A stretch of 64,000 nucleotides of DNA. Source: a virus. Under the pieces are notes generated by a model that ran no database searches, had not been told where the DNA came from, and worked only from the letters and a program-made list of their open reading frames with translations. The translations under genes and the position numbers were made by a program. The stretch's first letter is position 1. Each line of letters begins with the position of its first letter. The stretch is taken from the IMG/VR virus record IMGVR_UViG_3300049436_000052, positions 64,001-128,000 of that record, one strand, 5' to 3'. Of this stretch, positions 1 through 10,348 are shown piece after piece.

Positions 1-2
1 GT

Positions 3-2576
3 AAACAAAGCATAAAAAAATTATCAGAAGGAACATTACAATATCAATTACCTTATGTTGCAAATGCATATTTATCTGAATCAAATCAATTATGGGTAAC
101 TAGAGTATTGGGATTATCTGGATATAATGCAGGAAAAGCATGGGCAGTAACATTAAACGCAGGTGTTGATCTTTCAACTACCGGTGCAACTACATCTACA
201 TTAAATACAGGTGTGGCATTCGCAGACTTCTCATATCTAGGTGTAGCATTAGTCGATGTTAACGATACAGGTACTAGTTTTAGTGGATTTACTAAGGTTG
301 GTTCAACAGATTTTGAAGGCTATATGCATTCTTTTACCGCTACAACAGTAAACCCTGATGGTACTGGTACTGTGGATGATTTAGTTACATTAATTACTGG
401 TAGTTCATACGTTGAATATGAAAATATGGTATTGGCAATAATTAGAAGCAGAGGACGTGTTCAAGATAACGCAAATTTACCTTCAAGTACTTTATTTAAT
501 ACCACTTCGTTAACAATAACTGGTAATACTACTAATATTGACACAGGTGATTTATTTGGACAATTTACTTTAGTCGCAGCAAGTACTGCATCTACTGAAA
601 ACTATGTTGTTTCTTTAAATCCTAATTCAAGTAGTTTCTTATCTAACGTTGTTGGCTCAGAAGCTAAAGATAAAACAACCAAAATTTGGGTACAATCAAT
701 ATTCCCAGATCTAATCAAAAAATTAGATGCTGATGGTTTAGGATATGGAGTTAATACTACATTAATCGATTGTAATTCTAGCTACTTTACTGACTATAAA
801 ACACAATTTAAAACACCTGAAACCCCTTGGGTAGTATCTCAATTAAAAGGTAATGCTATTGATAGATTATTCAAATTTATTAGTATTTCCGATGGTGATG
901 CTGCTAATCAAGAAATAAAAATTAGTATTGTTAACGTTAATCCAATTACCTTGGAATTCGATGTTATAATTCGTGATTTTTATGATACAGATGATAAAGT
1001 ATCTATTTTGGAATCATTCACAAGATGTTCTTTAATACAAGGTACTACTAATTATATCGCACAACGTATCGGTACATCAGATGGCGAATATTCATTAAAA
1101 AGCAAATATGTTATGCTTGAAATGAGTGCAAGTATTAATGTTGAAGATTTTCCTGCTGGTTTTGAAGGTTATGCATTTAATAATTACGCTATTTCTGCAA
1201 CCTCAACAACTTCTGGCGAAGCTGGTGTAACACCAAAAGTTTTTTATAAAACTTCTTATAATGATGACGAAAAAATTAAAAAAGTATATCTTGGTGTTTC
1301 TGAAAAAGGTTATGATGGATCTGGTTTAATCGGAACTGGCATTAATCAAAATTTCTTTAACTTTACTGGTATAGGTGGTTTTGTTTATTCAAAAGGCTTC
1401 CACTTAGATTCTGGTGTAACTTCAACTTATAATGGTTTTGATTTTGAAGTTGGTGCTGGTGATTTCCAAACTGTTGATGATATCCTTGATGTAAATAACC
1501 CATATTATGATATTAATACAAGAAAATTTACCTTAGTTCCTAATGGTGGATTTGATGGATGGGATGTTAACAGAGGTGTTAATGGTGCTAGTCGTTCTTA
1601 TGGTGATTTATATCGTGCAAACGGTATTTATGATGGTGTTTCACCTAATACACCACCTTCAAACGACTTCCAAGCATGGGAAACCGCAATAAACACTTTC
1701 TCAAATCCTGAAGAAGTAACTATCAATATATTTGCCACTCCTGGTATTAATTGGAGTGATCAAAACATATTGGTTAAAGAAGCTATCGACATGATAGAAA
1801 CTGAAAGAACTGATACTCTTTATGTAATCGATTCTCCAGATGTTAATATCGCAATGACAATTGGTGATGGTGGAAAAGCTGATGTTATCGCTTCTCAAGA
1901 TATCGTGGATTTAATGGACACTGCCGAAATCGATAGTAATTATGCTTGTACATATTTCCCTTGGATTCAAATTAGAGATAATGTTAACAACGTCAATATT
2001 TACATTCCACCAACTGGTGAAGTATTAAAAGCTATGGCATTTACCGATAATAATAAATTTCCTTGGTTCGCACCAGCAGGTCTTAGTCGTGGTGTTACTG
2101 ATGCAATAAAATCCAAATATAAATTGTCGTTAGATGCTCGTGATGTATTATATGAAGGAAGAATCAACCCAATAGCAGATTTTGCTGATGTTGGAACTGC
2201 AATTTTTGGTCAAAAGACATTGCAAGTTAGAGATAGTTTACTAACCAAAATTAATGTTCGTAGATTGTTACTTCAAGTTAAAGTTCTTATTTCTAATATC
2301 GCTGTTAGATTATTGTTTGAACAAAACGATCAAACAACAATAGACCAGTTTCTACAGAAGACTACACCGCTTCTTGACAGCATAAAAAGAGAACGAGGTC
2401 TAATTGACTTCAGAGTTTCTATGGGACTTGATAGTGATGGGAATAGCCCTGAGAGCCGAGATCGAGGGGAATTGTACGGAAATATAAGGCTAAAGCCCTC
2501 AGTTTCACTGGAATATGTAGGTTTAACTTTTACAATTACACCTTCTGGTGCTTCTTTTGAAGATGTGGGTGCTTAA
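3..2576 (+). CDS. Tail sheath protein (T4 gp18-like), 5' truncated by window edge
   Basis: Frame open from base 3 (KQSIKKL...WVTRVLGLSGY). C-terminal sheath motifs PPTGEV, PWFAPAGLSRG, RDVLYEGRINPI, FGQKTLQ, INVRRLL, FEQND. Confidence 0.95.
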   Translation, partial: KQSIKKLSEGTLQYQLPYVANAYLSESNQLWVTRVLGLSGYNAGKAWAVTLNAGVDLSTTGATTSTLNTGVAFADFSYLGVALVDVNDTGTSFSGFTKVGSTDFEGYMHSFTATTVNPDGTGTVDDLVTLITGSSYVEYENMVLAIIRSRGRVQDNANLPSSTLFNTTSLTITGNTTNIDTGDLFGQFTLVAASTASTENYVVSLNPNSSSFLSNVVGSEAKDKTTKIWVQSIFPDLIKKLDADGLGYGVNTTLIDCNSSYFTDYKTQFKTPETPWVVSQLKGNAIDRLFKFISISDGDAANQEIKISIVNVNPITLEFDVIIRDFYDTDDKVSILESFTRCSLIQGTTNYIAQRIGTSDGEYSLKSKYVMLEMSASINVEDFPAGFEGYAFNNYAISATSTTSGEAGVTPKVFYKTSYNDDEKIKKVYLGVSEKGYDGSGLIGTGINQNFFNFTGIGGFVYSKGFHLDSGVTSTYNGFDFEVGAGDFQTVDDILDVNNPYYDINTRKFTLVPNGGFDGWDVNRGVNGASRSYGDLYRANGIYDGVSPNTPPSNDFQAWETAINTFSNPEEVTINIFATPGINWSDQNILVKEAIDMIETERTDTLYVIDSPDVNIAMTIGDGGKADVIASQDIVDLMDTAEIDSNYACTYFPWIQIRDNVNNVNIYIPPTGEVLKAMAFTDNNKFPWFAPAGLSRGVTDAIKSKYKLSLDARDVLYEGRINPIADFADVGTAIFGQKTLQVRDSLLTKINVRRLLLQVKVLISNIAVRLLFEQNDQTTIDQFLQKTTPLLDSIKRERGLIDFRVSMGLDSDGNSPESRDRGELYGNIRLKPSVSLEYVGLTFTITPSGASFEDVGA

Positions 2577-2600
2577 TAATTTATATTATTCTATATATGA

Positions 2601-2627
2601 AAAAAACCACCTAATTGGTGGTTTTTT
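2601..2627. terminator. Bidirectional intrinsic terminator between convergent genes
   Basis: aaaaaaccacc-taatt-ggtggtttttt, perfect stem with A and T tails. Confidence 0.8.
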
Positions 2628-4761
2628 GTTTTATTACATCTAATTCAAATTTTAATAAACCACAGTCATAAATTCTTGGAAATTTTCGTTCTATTAATAG
2701 TTCATGTTTTGTTTTATTTATATCGGATTCTGTTAATATTAAATCCTTTTTATTATATTCATATGAAAATTTTCTATGTTTATGTCTTGCATACCAAAAA
2801 TTTGGTGTTATTACTTTTGTTTTAACAAAACCCAAATTTTCAAATAAAATTTCGTTTGAATATCTTCTATCAAGATATATTATTATTTTATTTGATTGAT
2901 AGTTATTTATAAAATAATCAAGCAAAACATTTTCTCCATTAATTATATTTGTATTTAATTTATTACAAATTCTAACAATTTCAAATTTATTTGAATTATT
3001 TTTATATTGTTTTAAACAAATAACTGAAACCAATTCATTTTTAATTTCTAAACCAATATTAATTGTATTTAAAACATTACCAAGTATATGATTTTTTTCA
3101 AGAAATTCTTTTAATATTATATTACTTTTAATTTCGTTTATTTGACAATCATTTCCGTAAATAGTTTCTTTAAATATATTTAATCTATTGGAAATCATTA
3201 ATTTTACAATATCAAAATTTTTAATAATTTCATCTTCAAAAAATTGAAATAATGTATAATTTTGATCAAGACATAAATTCAATTTATTAAGATGATAATC
3301 TTTTTTTAGAAAAAATTCAGAATGCCAATAAATACCATTGGTTTCAATACCTAAATTATATTTTTTTATGAAAATATCAATTTCAAACCCCTTTATTATA
3401 TTTCTACGATTTTTTTTATATTCAATTCCAATTTCATCTAAAAATTTACATATTTTTATTTCTAATGATGATCTTAATTTATATTTGGGTAATAAAACTG
3501 TTGACAATTCAATGCCTTTGTATAATCTACCTAATATAAGTGATTTTGTATTTTCAAAAATATGACCATCTGGATGCTTTATTATTAAAATTCCATTTTT
3601 GTTATACTCTAAAAGCTCATATCCTAGCTTATTAAAACTTTCCATATGTTTTTTCATCGCCTTTTTTCTTTTTCCTTCACCAGCACATTTATATGAACAA
3701 TATTTTAACTTTTCTTTCTTTTTTGATTTAAAAACTTTTCCACAAATAGGACATTCTTTTTCAATATAATAAATTTCATCGTGTTTACTTCTTTTATCTT
3801 TATTACAATTTGGACAAGTACATCCCTTAAGATGATTTGCAGGCGATTGAGTAAATTCTCCATGTAATGGGCATATTATCACAATTTTAGTTTTTTTATT
3901 TAAATATTCAATTTTTGAATAATCAAATTTATTATTGTGTTTTTTATTTGCTTGTTCAATAAATTCTTCTTTAGTTATTATATATTTACCATTACATTTT
4001 GAACACCCATCACCATTTAAATGTTTATTTGGTTTTTGAAAGAATTCATGACCTTGAGAACAAATTATACAAACATTTGTTTTACTATTAATATAATCAA
4101 CTTTAGAATAGTCATATTCATTTCCATGAATATTTATTGCTTTTTCAATAAATTCTTGAGTATTGGATCTTTTACTATCACCAATTTTTTCTAAATTACA
4201 TTTTGGACAACCATTTCCTTTGAGAAAATCAAGAGGATATATAAAAATTTCACCATGTTTAGAGCATATTATATTAACTTTAGTATCTGAATTAACATAT
4301 TTTGTTTGAGATAAATCAAATTTGTCGCCATAAACGTTTTTAGCTCTAGTTATAAATTCTTCTGTTGTTATTTTTTTATTACCACCACATATTGGGCATC
4401 CATGACCACTGAGATGGGATTGTGGAATTTGAGTAAATATATGACCTTCTAAACATTTTATTTTAATTTTTGTTGTATTATTTACATATTCAACCAACGA
4501 ATAATCATATGCATCTCCATGAACCTCTTTTGCTTTTCTTATAAATTCTTCAGTTGTTACATTTTTATTTGCACATTTGGAACAACCGCTTCCATGTAAA
4601 TGAATATTAGGCTTTTGTAAAAACTCTCCATGTCCAAATTTTTTACAAATAATGATAACCTTTTTTTTACTATTAATATATTCAACTTTAGTATAATCAA
4701 AATCATCACCATGTATTGATTTAGCTTTTTCAAGAAATTCTTTTTGTGTTAATTTTCTCAT
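2611..4761 (-). CDS. Free-standing homing endonuclease: ~5 DUF723-like Cys/His repeats, PD-(D/E)XK domain, Hef-like C-terminus
   Basis: Repeats of FIxKAxxxHGxxYDYSxVxY...C..HGEF.Q.P..HL.G.GC..C; EIDIFI...LGIETNGIYWHSE; FLEKNHILG, DRRYS, RIYDCG. Confidence 0.8.
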   Translation of the reverse strand: MRKLTQKEFLEKAKSIHGDDFDYTKVEYINSKKKVIIICKKFGHGEFLQKPNIHLHGSGCSKCANKNVTTEEFIRKAKEVHGDAYDYSLVEYVNNTTKIKIKCLEGHIFTQIPQSHLSGHGCPICGGNKKITTEEFITRAKNVYGDKFDLSQTKYVNSDTKVNIICSKHGEIFIYPLDFLKGNGCPKCNLEKIGDSKRSNTQEFIEKAINIHGNEYDYSKVDYINSKTNVCIICSQGHEFFQKPNKHLNGDGCSKCNGKYIITKEEFIEQANKKHNNKFDYSKIEYLNKKTKIVIICPLHGEFTQSPANHLKGCTCPNCNKDKRSKHDEIYYIEKECPICGKVFKSKKKEKLKYCSYKCAGEGKRKKAMKKHMESFNKLGYELLEYNKNGILIIKHPDGHIFENTKSLILGRLYKGIELSTVLLPKYKLRSSLEIKICKFLDEIGIEYKKNRRNIIKGFEIDIFIKKYNLGIETNGIYWHSEFFLKKDYHLNKLNLCLDQNYTLFQFFEDEIIKNFDIVKLMISNRLNIFKETIYGNDCQINEIKSNIILKEFLEKNHILGNVLNTINIGLEIKNELVSVICLKQYKNNSNKFEIVRICNKLNTNIINGENVLLDYFINNYQSNKIIIYLDRRYSNEILFENLGFVKTKVITPNFWYARHKHRKFSYEYNKKDLILTESDINKTKHELLIERKFPRIYDCGLLKFELDVIKQKTTN

Positions 4762-4806
4762 ATAAAAATTTTACAAAATTAATTTCTTTTTTTCACATAA
4801 AAAACT

Positions 4807-4836
4807 ATTTAACTTTATTTAACTTTATTTAACTAT
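4807..4836. repeat. Three tandem 10-bp units in a divergent intergenic region
   Basis: atttaacttt atttaacttt atttaactat. Confidence 0.5.
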
Positions 4837-4889
4837 TTTATCTAAATTCAATTAATCGTCTCATTTCTTATATTTTTTGTTTTATGTAG

Positions 4890-4896
4890 TATTTAT
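4890..4896 (+). promoter_or_regulatory. Putative late promoter TATTTAT
   Basis: Same 7-mer lies 5-50 bp upstream of 11 late-type genes (see findings). Confidence 0.6.
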
Positions 4897-4939
4897 TATT
4901 AAAATAATAATAAAAACAACATAAAAAACATAAAACACT

Positions 4940-5428
4940 ATGGCTGAGATGATTAGGAGCGTGCCATTTGAGTACGAAGTTAAGAGAGTTAATCGATTCG
5001 TTGCAGAATTTGCAGATGAATTAGGAATTGAATCTTGGAAAGTTCAAAAATTCAAAAGGCCGTCAATGAAAATAAATCCGGTTGAAATACCTTATATGAA
5101 TGAAATGAACTATGTAGCAGGACGTTACACGTGGAATTCGATCCAAATTGAATTTATCGATCCAATTGGCCCATCGACTTCACAACAATTAATGGAGTGG
5201 GTACGCCTTCATGCTGAATCTCTCACTGGGAGAATGGGATTTGCTGCGGGTTACAAGAAGAACATACTTTTAAAGGAACTTGATCCAACTGGAGTCGAAG
5301 TTGCAAAATTTTTCCTTGAACAATGTATGATAACATCAATTGATTTTGGAGATAATGATCATGGAAGTGATGAATTAACTAAAATAACATTAGAGTTGCA
5401 ACCATATCGCTGCATTCTAAATTTATAG
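4940..5428 (+). CDS. Tail tube protein (T4 gp19-like)
   Basis: 162 aa, follows sheath; NRFV, RPSM...EIPYMNE..YVAGRYTW, GYKKNILL..LDPTG, DFGD. Confidence 0.9.
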   Translation: MAEMIRSVPFEYEVKRVNRFVAEFADELGIESWKVQKFKRPSMKINPVEIPYMNEMNYVAGRYTWNSIQIEFIDPIGPSTSQQLMEWVRLHAESLTGRMGFAAGYKKNILLKELDPTGVEVAKFFLEQCMITSIDFGDNDHGSDELTKITLELQPYRCILNL

Positions 5429-5448
5429 TTAATTTAATAAAAATTTAT

Positions 5449-5492
5449 AAAAAAATGAATTTTGAGTATTTATATTCATAATTCATTTTTTT
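5449..5492 (+). promoter_or_regulatory. Hairpin masking the GIY-YIG initiation region, with TATTTAT (5467-5473) in its loop
   Basis: aaaaaaatgaatt ... aattcattttttt arms ending just before ATG 5494. Confidence 0.6.
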
Positions 5493-5493
5493 T

Positions 5494-6120
5494 ATGAAAA
5501 ATTGTGGAATTTATTCGATTGTTAATAAAATAAATAAAAAAATATATATTGGTAGTAGTATTGATATAAAAAAGAGATGGCGTGATCATAAATGGTATTT
5601 AAGGCACAATATTCATCATAATAATCATTTACAATGTGCATGGAATAAATACGGATCTGATTGTTTTGAATTTTCAATTATTTTGGAATGTAGCGTTTCA
5701 GATCTGATTAATAACGAAATTAAATATATTAATATTTATAATTCTAACAATAAAAAATTGGGTTATAATAAAAGCGATCCTGAACATAAAACATTTAGTT
5801 GGCAACATAGTGAAGAAACTAAACAAATTTTATCACAACAAAAATTAGGAGAAAAAAATCCAATGTGGGGTTTAAAGGGTAATAAACATCATAATTATCA
5901 AAAAGAAATCTCAATCGATGTTAGAAAAAAAATGTCATTAAGTCATTTAGGAATACCAACAAATAGAAGGAATAATGCTAAACTAAGTATGGAATTGGCC
6001 AATGAAATTCGAAATATTTATAATACTGAAAAAATTACAATACGTAATTTAGGAAAAAGATTTAATGTAAGTTATACTACAGTTAATAGAATTATTCATA
6101 ATATTTCGTGGAAAGCTTGA
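5494..6120 (+). CDS. GIY-YIG homing endonuclease with NUMOD3 and C-terminal HTH
   Basis: GIYSIVN..NKKIYIGSS, RW..H, HLQ.AWNKYG, GYN, HSEETKQILS, GEKNPMWG. Confidence 0.92.
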   Translation: MKNCGIYSIVNKINKKIYIGSSIDIKKRWRDHKWYLRHNIHHNNHLQCAWNKYGSDCFEFSIILECSVSDLINNEIKYINIYNSNNKKLGYNKSDPEHKTFSWQHSEETKQILSQQKLGEKNPMWGLKGNKHHNYQKEISIDVRKKMSLSHLGIPTNRRNNAKLSMELANEIRNIYNTEKITIRNLGKRFNVSYTTVNRIIHNISWKA

Positions 6121-6125
6121 GACAA

Positions 6126-7016
6126 CTAATTTATAACAATATTTTTCTGTAAAATTGCCTCAAAGTTAATTTTTTCAAGATCATTAATTATATCATTTTT
6201 ATCGGCAACTGTATTTGAGTAGCCATGAAGATGTTGAAGTATTGCTTTTCTAATTACATTAAAAGCTTCTACGACAAGATCTCCTCTTGGGATTGGGTGA
6301 GATTTTTCGAATATTTCATTTCTATTTTCGGGTGTTAATTTGGTTGTTTTAAATTTTGGGATACCGTCATGAGAGATTAGGGCAATTTTATCGCCAGTTA
6401 TAATGTTATTACTATAATAATTTCCGTCATCGGGTTTTGGTTCAAAGTTTAATAAAACTTGTGCTGGGTTTTTAGTATTAAGTTTTAGAACGTTATCGTT
6501 TTCGTGTTTACCTGCTCTAATAACAACTCTATTTTCTTTTAAAATAATATCAGTGTTTATTCTTCCGATGATAGCAATATCTTTTTTATCAGGATAAACG
6601 TCAACAGCATCTGGGTATTTTGATATTGCGGCTTCTGGATTAAGTATTCCTTGTTGTGTTGTTGATAAAGCAGTTAATTTTGAATCGTATTTTATTTTTT
6701 GTAATTGTGAAATAATACTTCCTACCCAAAATCTGTTTCTTTGTGGATATTTAACGTCTTCTATTAAAATTCTAACCATTTCACCAATTTGTGGATAGAT
6801 ATGAAAATATTTAGGGGTTAGAGGAAAACACCAAGGAAGATCGTCAACAATTGAAGTTCTGTTATCTAAATCATTTATTTTAACTTTAATTCTTCCACCA
6901 TCGGTAGGATCATCAATTGAAACTACTTCACCATAGTATATAGTTCTAGTGATAGTATTATTACTATGTTCTGGTTTATAGGGATTAGTTTTATTTATAT
7001 ATGGTTTATCGAACAT
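6126..7016 (-). CDS. Baseplate hub/spike protein with gp5/VgrG OB-fold
   Basis: GEVVSIDDPTDGGRIKVKI, LPWCFPL, PQIGEMVRI; C-terminal HLH. Confidence 0.8.
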   Translation of the reverse strand: MFDKPYINKTNPYKPEHSNNTITRTIYYGEVVSIDDPTDGGRIKVKINDLDNRTSIVDDLPWCFPLTPKYFHIYPQIGEMVRILIEDVKYPQRNRFWVGSIISQLQKIKYDSKLTALSTTQQGILNPEAAISKYPDAVDVYPDKKDIAIIGRINTDIILKENRVVIRAGKHENDNVLKLNTKNPAQVLLNFEPKPDDGNYYSNNIITGDKIALISHDGIPKFKTTKLTPENRNEIFEKSHPIPRGDLVVEAFNVIRKAILQHLHGYSNTVADKNDIINDLEKINFEAILQKNIVIN

Positions 7017-7061
7017 TTATTAAATGATTATTTTTATTTAAAGTTTTATATTTTATATTAT

Positions 7062-7289
7062 TTATCTATTTGAATATTCGTCAACTAGAATAACATAATT
7101 ATCTTCAATTTCTTTTAGTTCTATTAATTTTTGGTTTATTAATTCTAATTTTTGATTTATAGTATTTTTCATATCTTCGACTTCAATAGATGTATTTATC
7201 ATGTCGTTTTTTAAATTATTATGTTTTACTTCAAGATCGCTAATAAATTTAACTAGTTCGATTGTTGTATATTTTGATAATTCGTTCAT
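7062..7289 (-). CDS. Hypothetical coiled-coil protein
   Basis: 75 aa ORF packed in operon, heptad pattern. Confidence 0.6.
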   Translation of the reverse strand: MNELSKYTTIELVKFISDLEVKHNNLKNDMINTSIEVEDMKNTINQKLELINQKLIELKEIEDNYVILVDEYSNR

Positions 7290-7295
7290 AATTTT

Positions 7296-7703
7296 TTATT
7301 GTATTACTGCATAACCTTTAGAATATGTTGTTGTTGAGCCTACTACGTTGACAGGGCCTGATGGTGAAGTTCCTGCTGCTGTCAATGATATTCCAGGAGG
7401 GATTACAACTGTAATGATTCCATTTTCTTGAATTTCTTTAATAATTTCTTCAACGGCAATTCTCCACATGACTTCTTCTGGATTGATACTTCCTGATGGC
7501 AATACTCCAACTGGTAAACCTGCCTCACTTTTTCTACTTATAATTCTTGTAGCAATTCGTGTTGGGGATATTCCAGATCTTTTCGGTACACCTGTTAATA
7601 TTAGTGGTGCAGGAATTGGTGGAGGTGTTCCAACAGATGATAAATTTAAGATTTTTCCAAAACCTTCAATAATTGAATCAATATTAGTATAATCTACTGC
7701 CAT
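7296..7703 (-). CDS. Putative baseplate-associated virion protein
   Basis: 135 aa, Pro/Gly-rich, in the late minus-strand operon. Confidence 0.5.
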   Translation of the reverse strand: MAVDYTNIDSIIEGFGKILNLSSVGTPPPIPAPLILTGVPKRSGISPTRIATRIISRKSEAGLPVGVLPSGSINPEEVMWRIAVEEIIKEIQENGIITVVIPPGISLTAAGTSPSGPVNVVGSTTTYSKGYAVIQ

Positions 7704-7705
7704 TT

Positions 7706-9010
7706 TTATCCAGTTTTACTTGTTGTTAAGCTTTTGATAATTCTTTTAAATTGATTTGTTTTTTCTTTAATAATTTTTTTTATAACGGGTTTAGTTAATT
7801 CGACTAGGTATGATATAACTAATTTATAAATAAATTCAACAACAAGTTTTATTAAATCGTTTATAATACATTTTATTAATACTTTAAATTTTTCTAAATC
7901 TTTTTTTGCGGTTTCAAGAACAACAGTTCCATTATTTTGTATTGCACTAGTAACACCCAATAACATCCTAATTTGTGGTGAAGTTGTTGTTGCTTGTACA
8001 ATTTTATTAATAAATATTTTAATAATTTTCTGAAAAAAATTATCTTTAATAGTTTGTTGATTTTCGTCATTTAGATCGTTATTTGTTGATGAATCGTTAA
8101 TTGAGTTTTCAATAGCATTTGCAGTATTAAAGTCATCATTTGAATTAGCGATATCTAAAACTGTTGAATTGAAATCATTAAAAGATAGTTTTGATTCCAT
8201 AATTCCGCAACCAAGATCGTAATTAACAATTCCGTTTGCTAGTTCTTTGGCTTTGTTTTCTAATTCTTCTAACAAATCATTCGAAATTTCAAAAGAATCG
8301 TCATTATTAATTAGTTGATCTATCAATTGATCTACTTCAAGTTCTTCTTTAATGTTTTCGATAGATTTATTTTGAGTACTGGTAATGTTGCCATATATTT
8401 TATCCATTACCAATGTTGTTAATTCTTTTTTGTTTAAAATTTCAGTATCATCAATATAACTTGTAACCCAAGTATTAATTGAAGTATTTCCATTATCTGG
8501 TTTAAATTTAAAACTATCAGTATTTGAATCATAATTTATAACAAGGTTATTAAATGTCGTATCACTACCTTCATTAGTTATTGCTTGATATGCTTTTGAA
8601 TCAAAATTTGCTTTAGAATTATCATATAAAAGACTGCCTTGAGATGTATTAGGATCTGTTTTTAATTTTGATTTACTATCAATTGATTTTACAGGGATAT
8701 CAATACCATTTTTAAAAGAATCTGGTAAATTATCATCTGAATTATATTGAACAAATTGTTTTTTTAATGTTACTTTTAATTTTGGTTCAATATCACTAAT
8801 AAATTTAGTAAACATCCTCCCTGTTAATTGTTTTAGTGCTTCAGTTCCTGCGACTGTTTTAAGAACATCTAATAGATATGGTACTATTTCATTTTTGTTA
8901 TTGACAGATAGAAATGAGTCGTTTTGATTGGGTACTTTTCCTTCTTGTTTTAGAGAAGTAAACGCACCAATTGTAGTTAAAACGGATTTTTTATCATCTT
9001 TCAGACTCAT
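7706..9010 (-). CDS. Hypothetical protein (probable virion/baseplate)
   Basis: 434 aa ORF in the same operon. Confidence 0.5.
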   Translation of the reverse strand: MSLKDDKKSVLTTIGAFTSLKQEGKVPNQNDSFLSVNNKNEIVPYLLDVLKTVAGTEALKQLTGRMFTKFISDIEPKLKVTLKKQFVQYNSDDNLPDSFKNGIDIPVKSIDSKSKLKTDPNTSQGSLLYDNSKANFDSKAYQAITNEGSDTTFNNLVINYDSNTDSFKFKPDNGNTSINTWVTSYIDDTEILNKKELTTLVMDKIYGNITSTQNKSIENIKEELEVDQLIDQLINNDDSFEISNDLLEELENKAKELANGIVNYDLGCGIMESKLSFNDFNSTVLDIANSNDDFNTANAIENSINDSSTNNDLNDENQQTIKDNFFQKIIKIFINKIVQATTTSPQIRMLLGVTSAIQNNGTVVLETAKKDLEKFKVLIKCIINDLIKLVVEFIYKLVISYLVELTKPVIKKIIKEKTNQFKRIIKSLTTSKTG

Positions 9011-9012
9011 GA

Positions 9013-9405
9013 TTATTTTTTATTTTTCTTTTCAAGATTTTTTCTATCAATTTCTTTTTTTACCATTTCGATAAGATCGTTTCTATTTTCACTGGTAATT
9101 GCACCATCTTCAACAGGTTCATCTTTATCAGGTTTTTTTCCAAAATTTTTAATATCAAAAACAATTTCTTTCAAATATTTTAAAAGCATTATTTTTTGAT
9201 CTTGGTTTTTAGCTTCAACTCCTAACAATTTAATTATTTGATCACCAATTGCAGCAATTTCACCACCTTCTTTAACCTTTTGTTCCCATTTACTAAAAAG
9301 TCTAACGGTTTTTGCTCTTACAATATGAACATCGTTATATACTTCTTGAAGTAGTTTATTAAGACTATCTTCATCAAATTTTAATTTATATCTTGTTGCC
9401 CTCAT
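9013..9405 (-). CDS. Hypothetical helical protein
   Basis: 130 aa; TATTTAT motif at 9427-9433 on the minus strand. Confidence 0.55.
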   Translation of the reverse strand: MRATRYKLKFDEDSLNKLLQEVYNDVHIVRAKTVRLFSKWEQKVKEGGEIAAIGDQIIKLLGVEAKNQDQKIMLLKYLKEIVFDIKNFGKKPDKDEPVEDGAITSENRNDLIEMVKKEIDRKNLEKKNKK

Positions 9406-9455
9406 TTTATTTAGTTTTAGTTATTAATAAATAGTTTTAGATGAGAAATTATTTA

Positions 9456-10322
9456 TTAATCGATAGATAAGTTTTTTTCGATAAAATATAGATCTTTAAA
9501 TGGTTTAATTCCAATTCTAATTTCTTTGGTTGTTAAATCGGTTTGTTCTTTTAGAAAAAGTAGTATTTTATTTTTTGCAAATTTATTTGTTACTTTTTTA
9601 TTATATTTGCCTACTGGTGTTTCTTCCATGAATAGAACATTCCAATTTTTTAAAATATTTATAATAGCAGTACCAACATTACTTTCAATTTTCTTTAATA
9701 ATGGATCATTATTAATTCTTAATTCAATTTTTCCAATAACGCCATTGATTAACTCATTCATACGATTCTGAGATTCATTTTCAATCTCATAAAGAAATTC
9801 TCTATTTTCAATAAATTCATCAACATAATCATCAAACGATAAATTTGTCTTTTTTTCAAGATAACTATGTTTACTATGATCTTTGTAATAATTTCTTACA
9901 ATTGTTTGACAATAACTAAATGCCTTTGAATTGAATATTCTATATTTATTATCATTTATTCCAATTAATGATTTCAATTTTTCGTTGGCTCTTTCGGCAT
10001 AAAAAAATCTATATTCTTCTTCTTTTAGTTTTATCCATTTTTCAGAACAACCATTGTTGTATTCAATGATGAATGGTCTATATTTAACCATATGTTCAAC
10101 TAAATGAGTTAATGCATTTGATTCAACTTCTTTCATATCATAATTTCCAATATGGATTGGGTATCTTCTTAAAATGGATTCAATCATTTTTCGAAATGGT
10201 TCAATCAAAATTTCATTATAGATTCTATTTTTTTCTTCTAATGAATTGGAATTTATGTAATCAATAACTGCTTGTTCTTCTTTTTCGGCAAAATAATGCG
10301 TACTAGTTTTTTCATCTGTCAT
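9456..10322 (-). CDS. Phage late sigma factor (T4 gp55-like)
   Basis: HYF.EKEEQAVIDY, RIYNEIL..PFRKMIESIL, KAFSYCQTIVRNY resemble sigma region 2 of gp55-like proteins. Confidence 0.65.
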   Translation of the reverse strand: MTDEKTSTHYFAEKEEQAVIDYINSNSLEEKNRIYNEILIEPFRKMIESILRRYPIHIGNYDMKEVESNALTHLVEHMVKYRPFIIEYNNGCSEKWIKLKEEEYRFFYAERANEKLKSLIGINDNKYRIFNSKAFSYCQTIVRNYYKDHSKHSYLEKKTNLSFDDYVDEFIENREFLYEIENESQNRMNELINGVIGKIELRINNDPLLKKIESNVGTAIINILKNWNVLFMEETPVGKYNKKVTNKFAKNKILLFLKEQTDLTTKEIRIGIKPFKDLYFIEKNLSID

Positions 10323-10348
10323 AATTTAAATTAAACAACTTCTAATTC

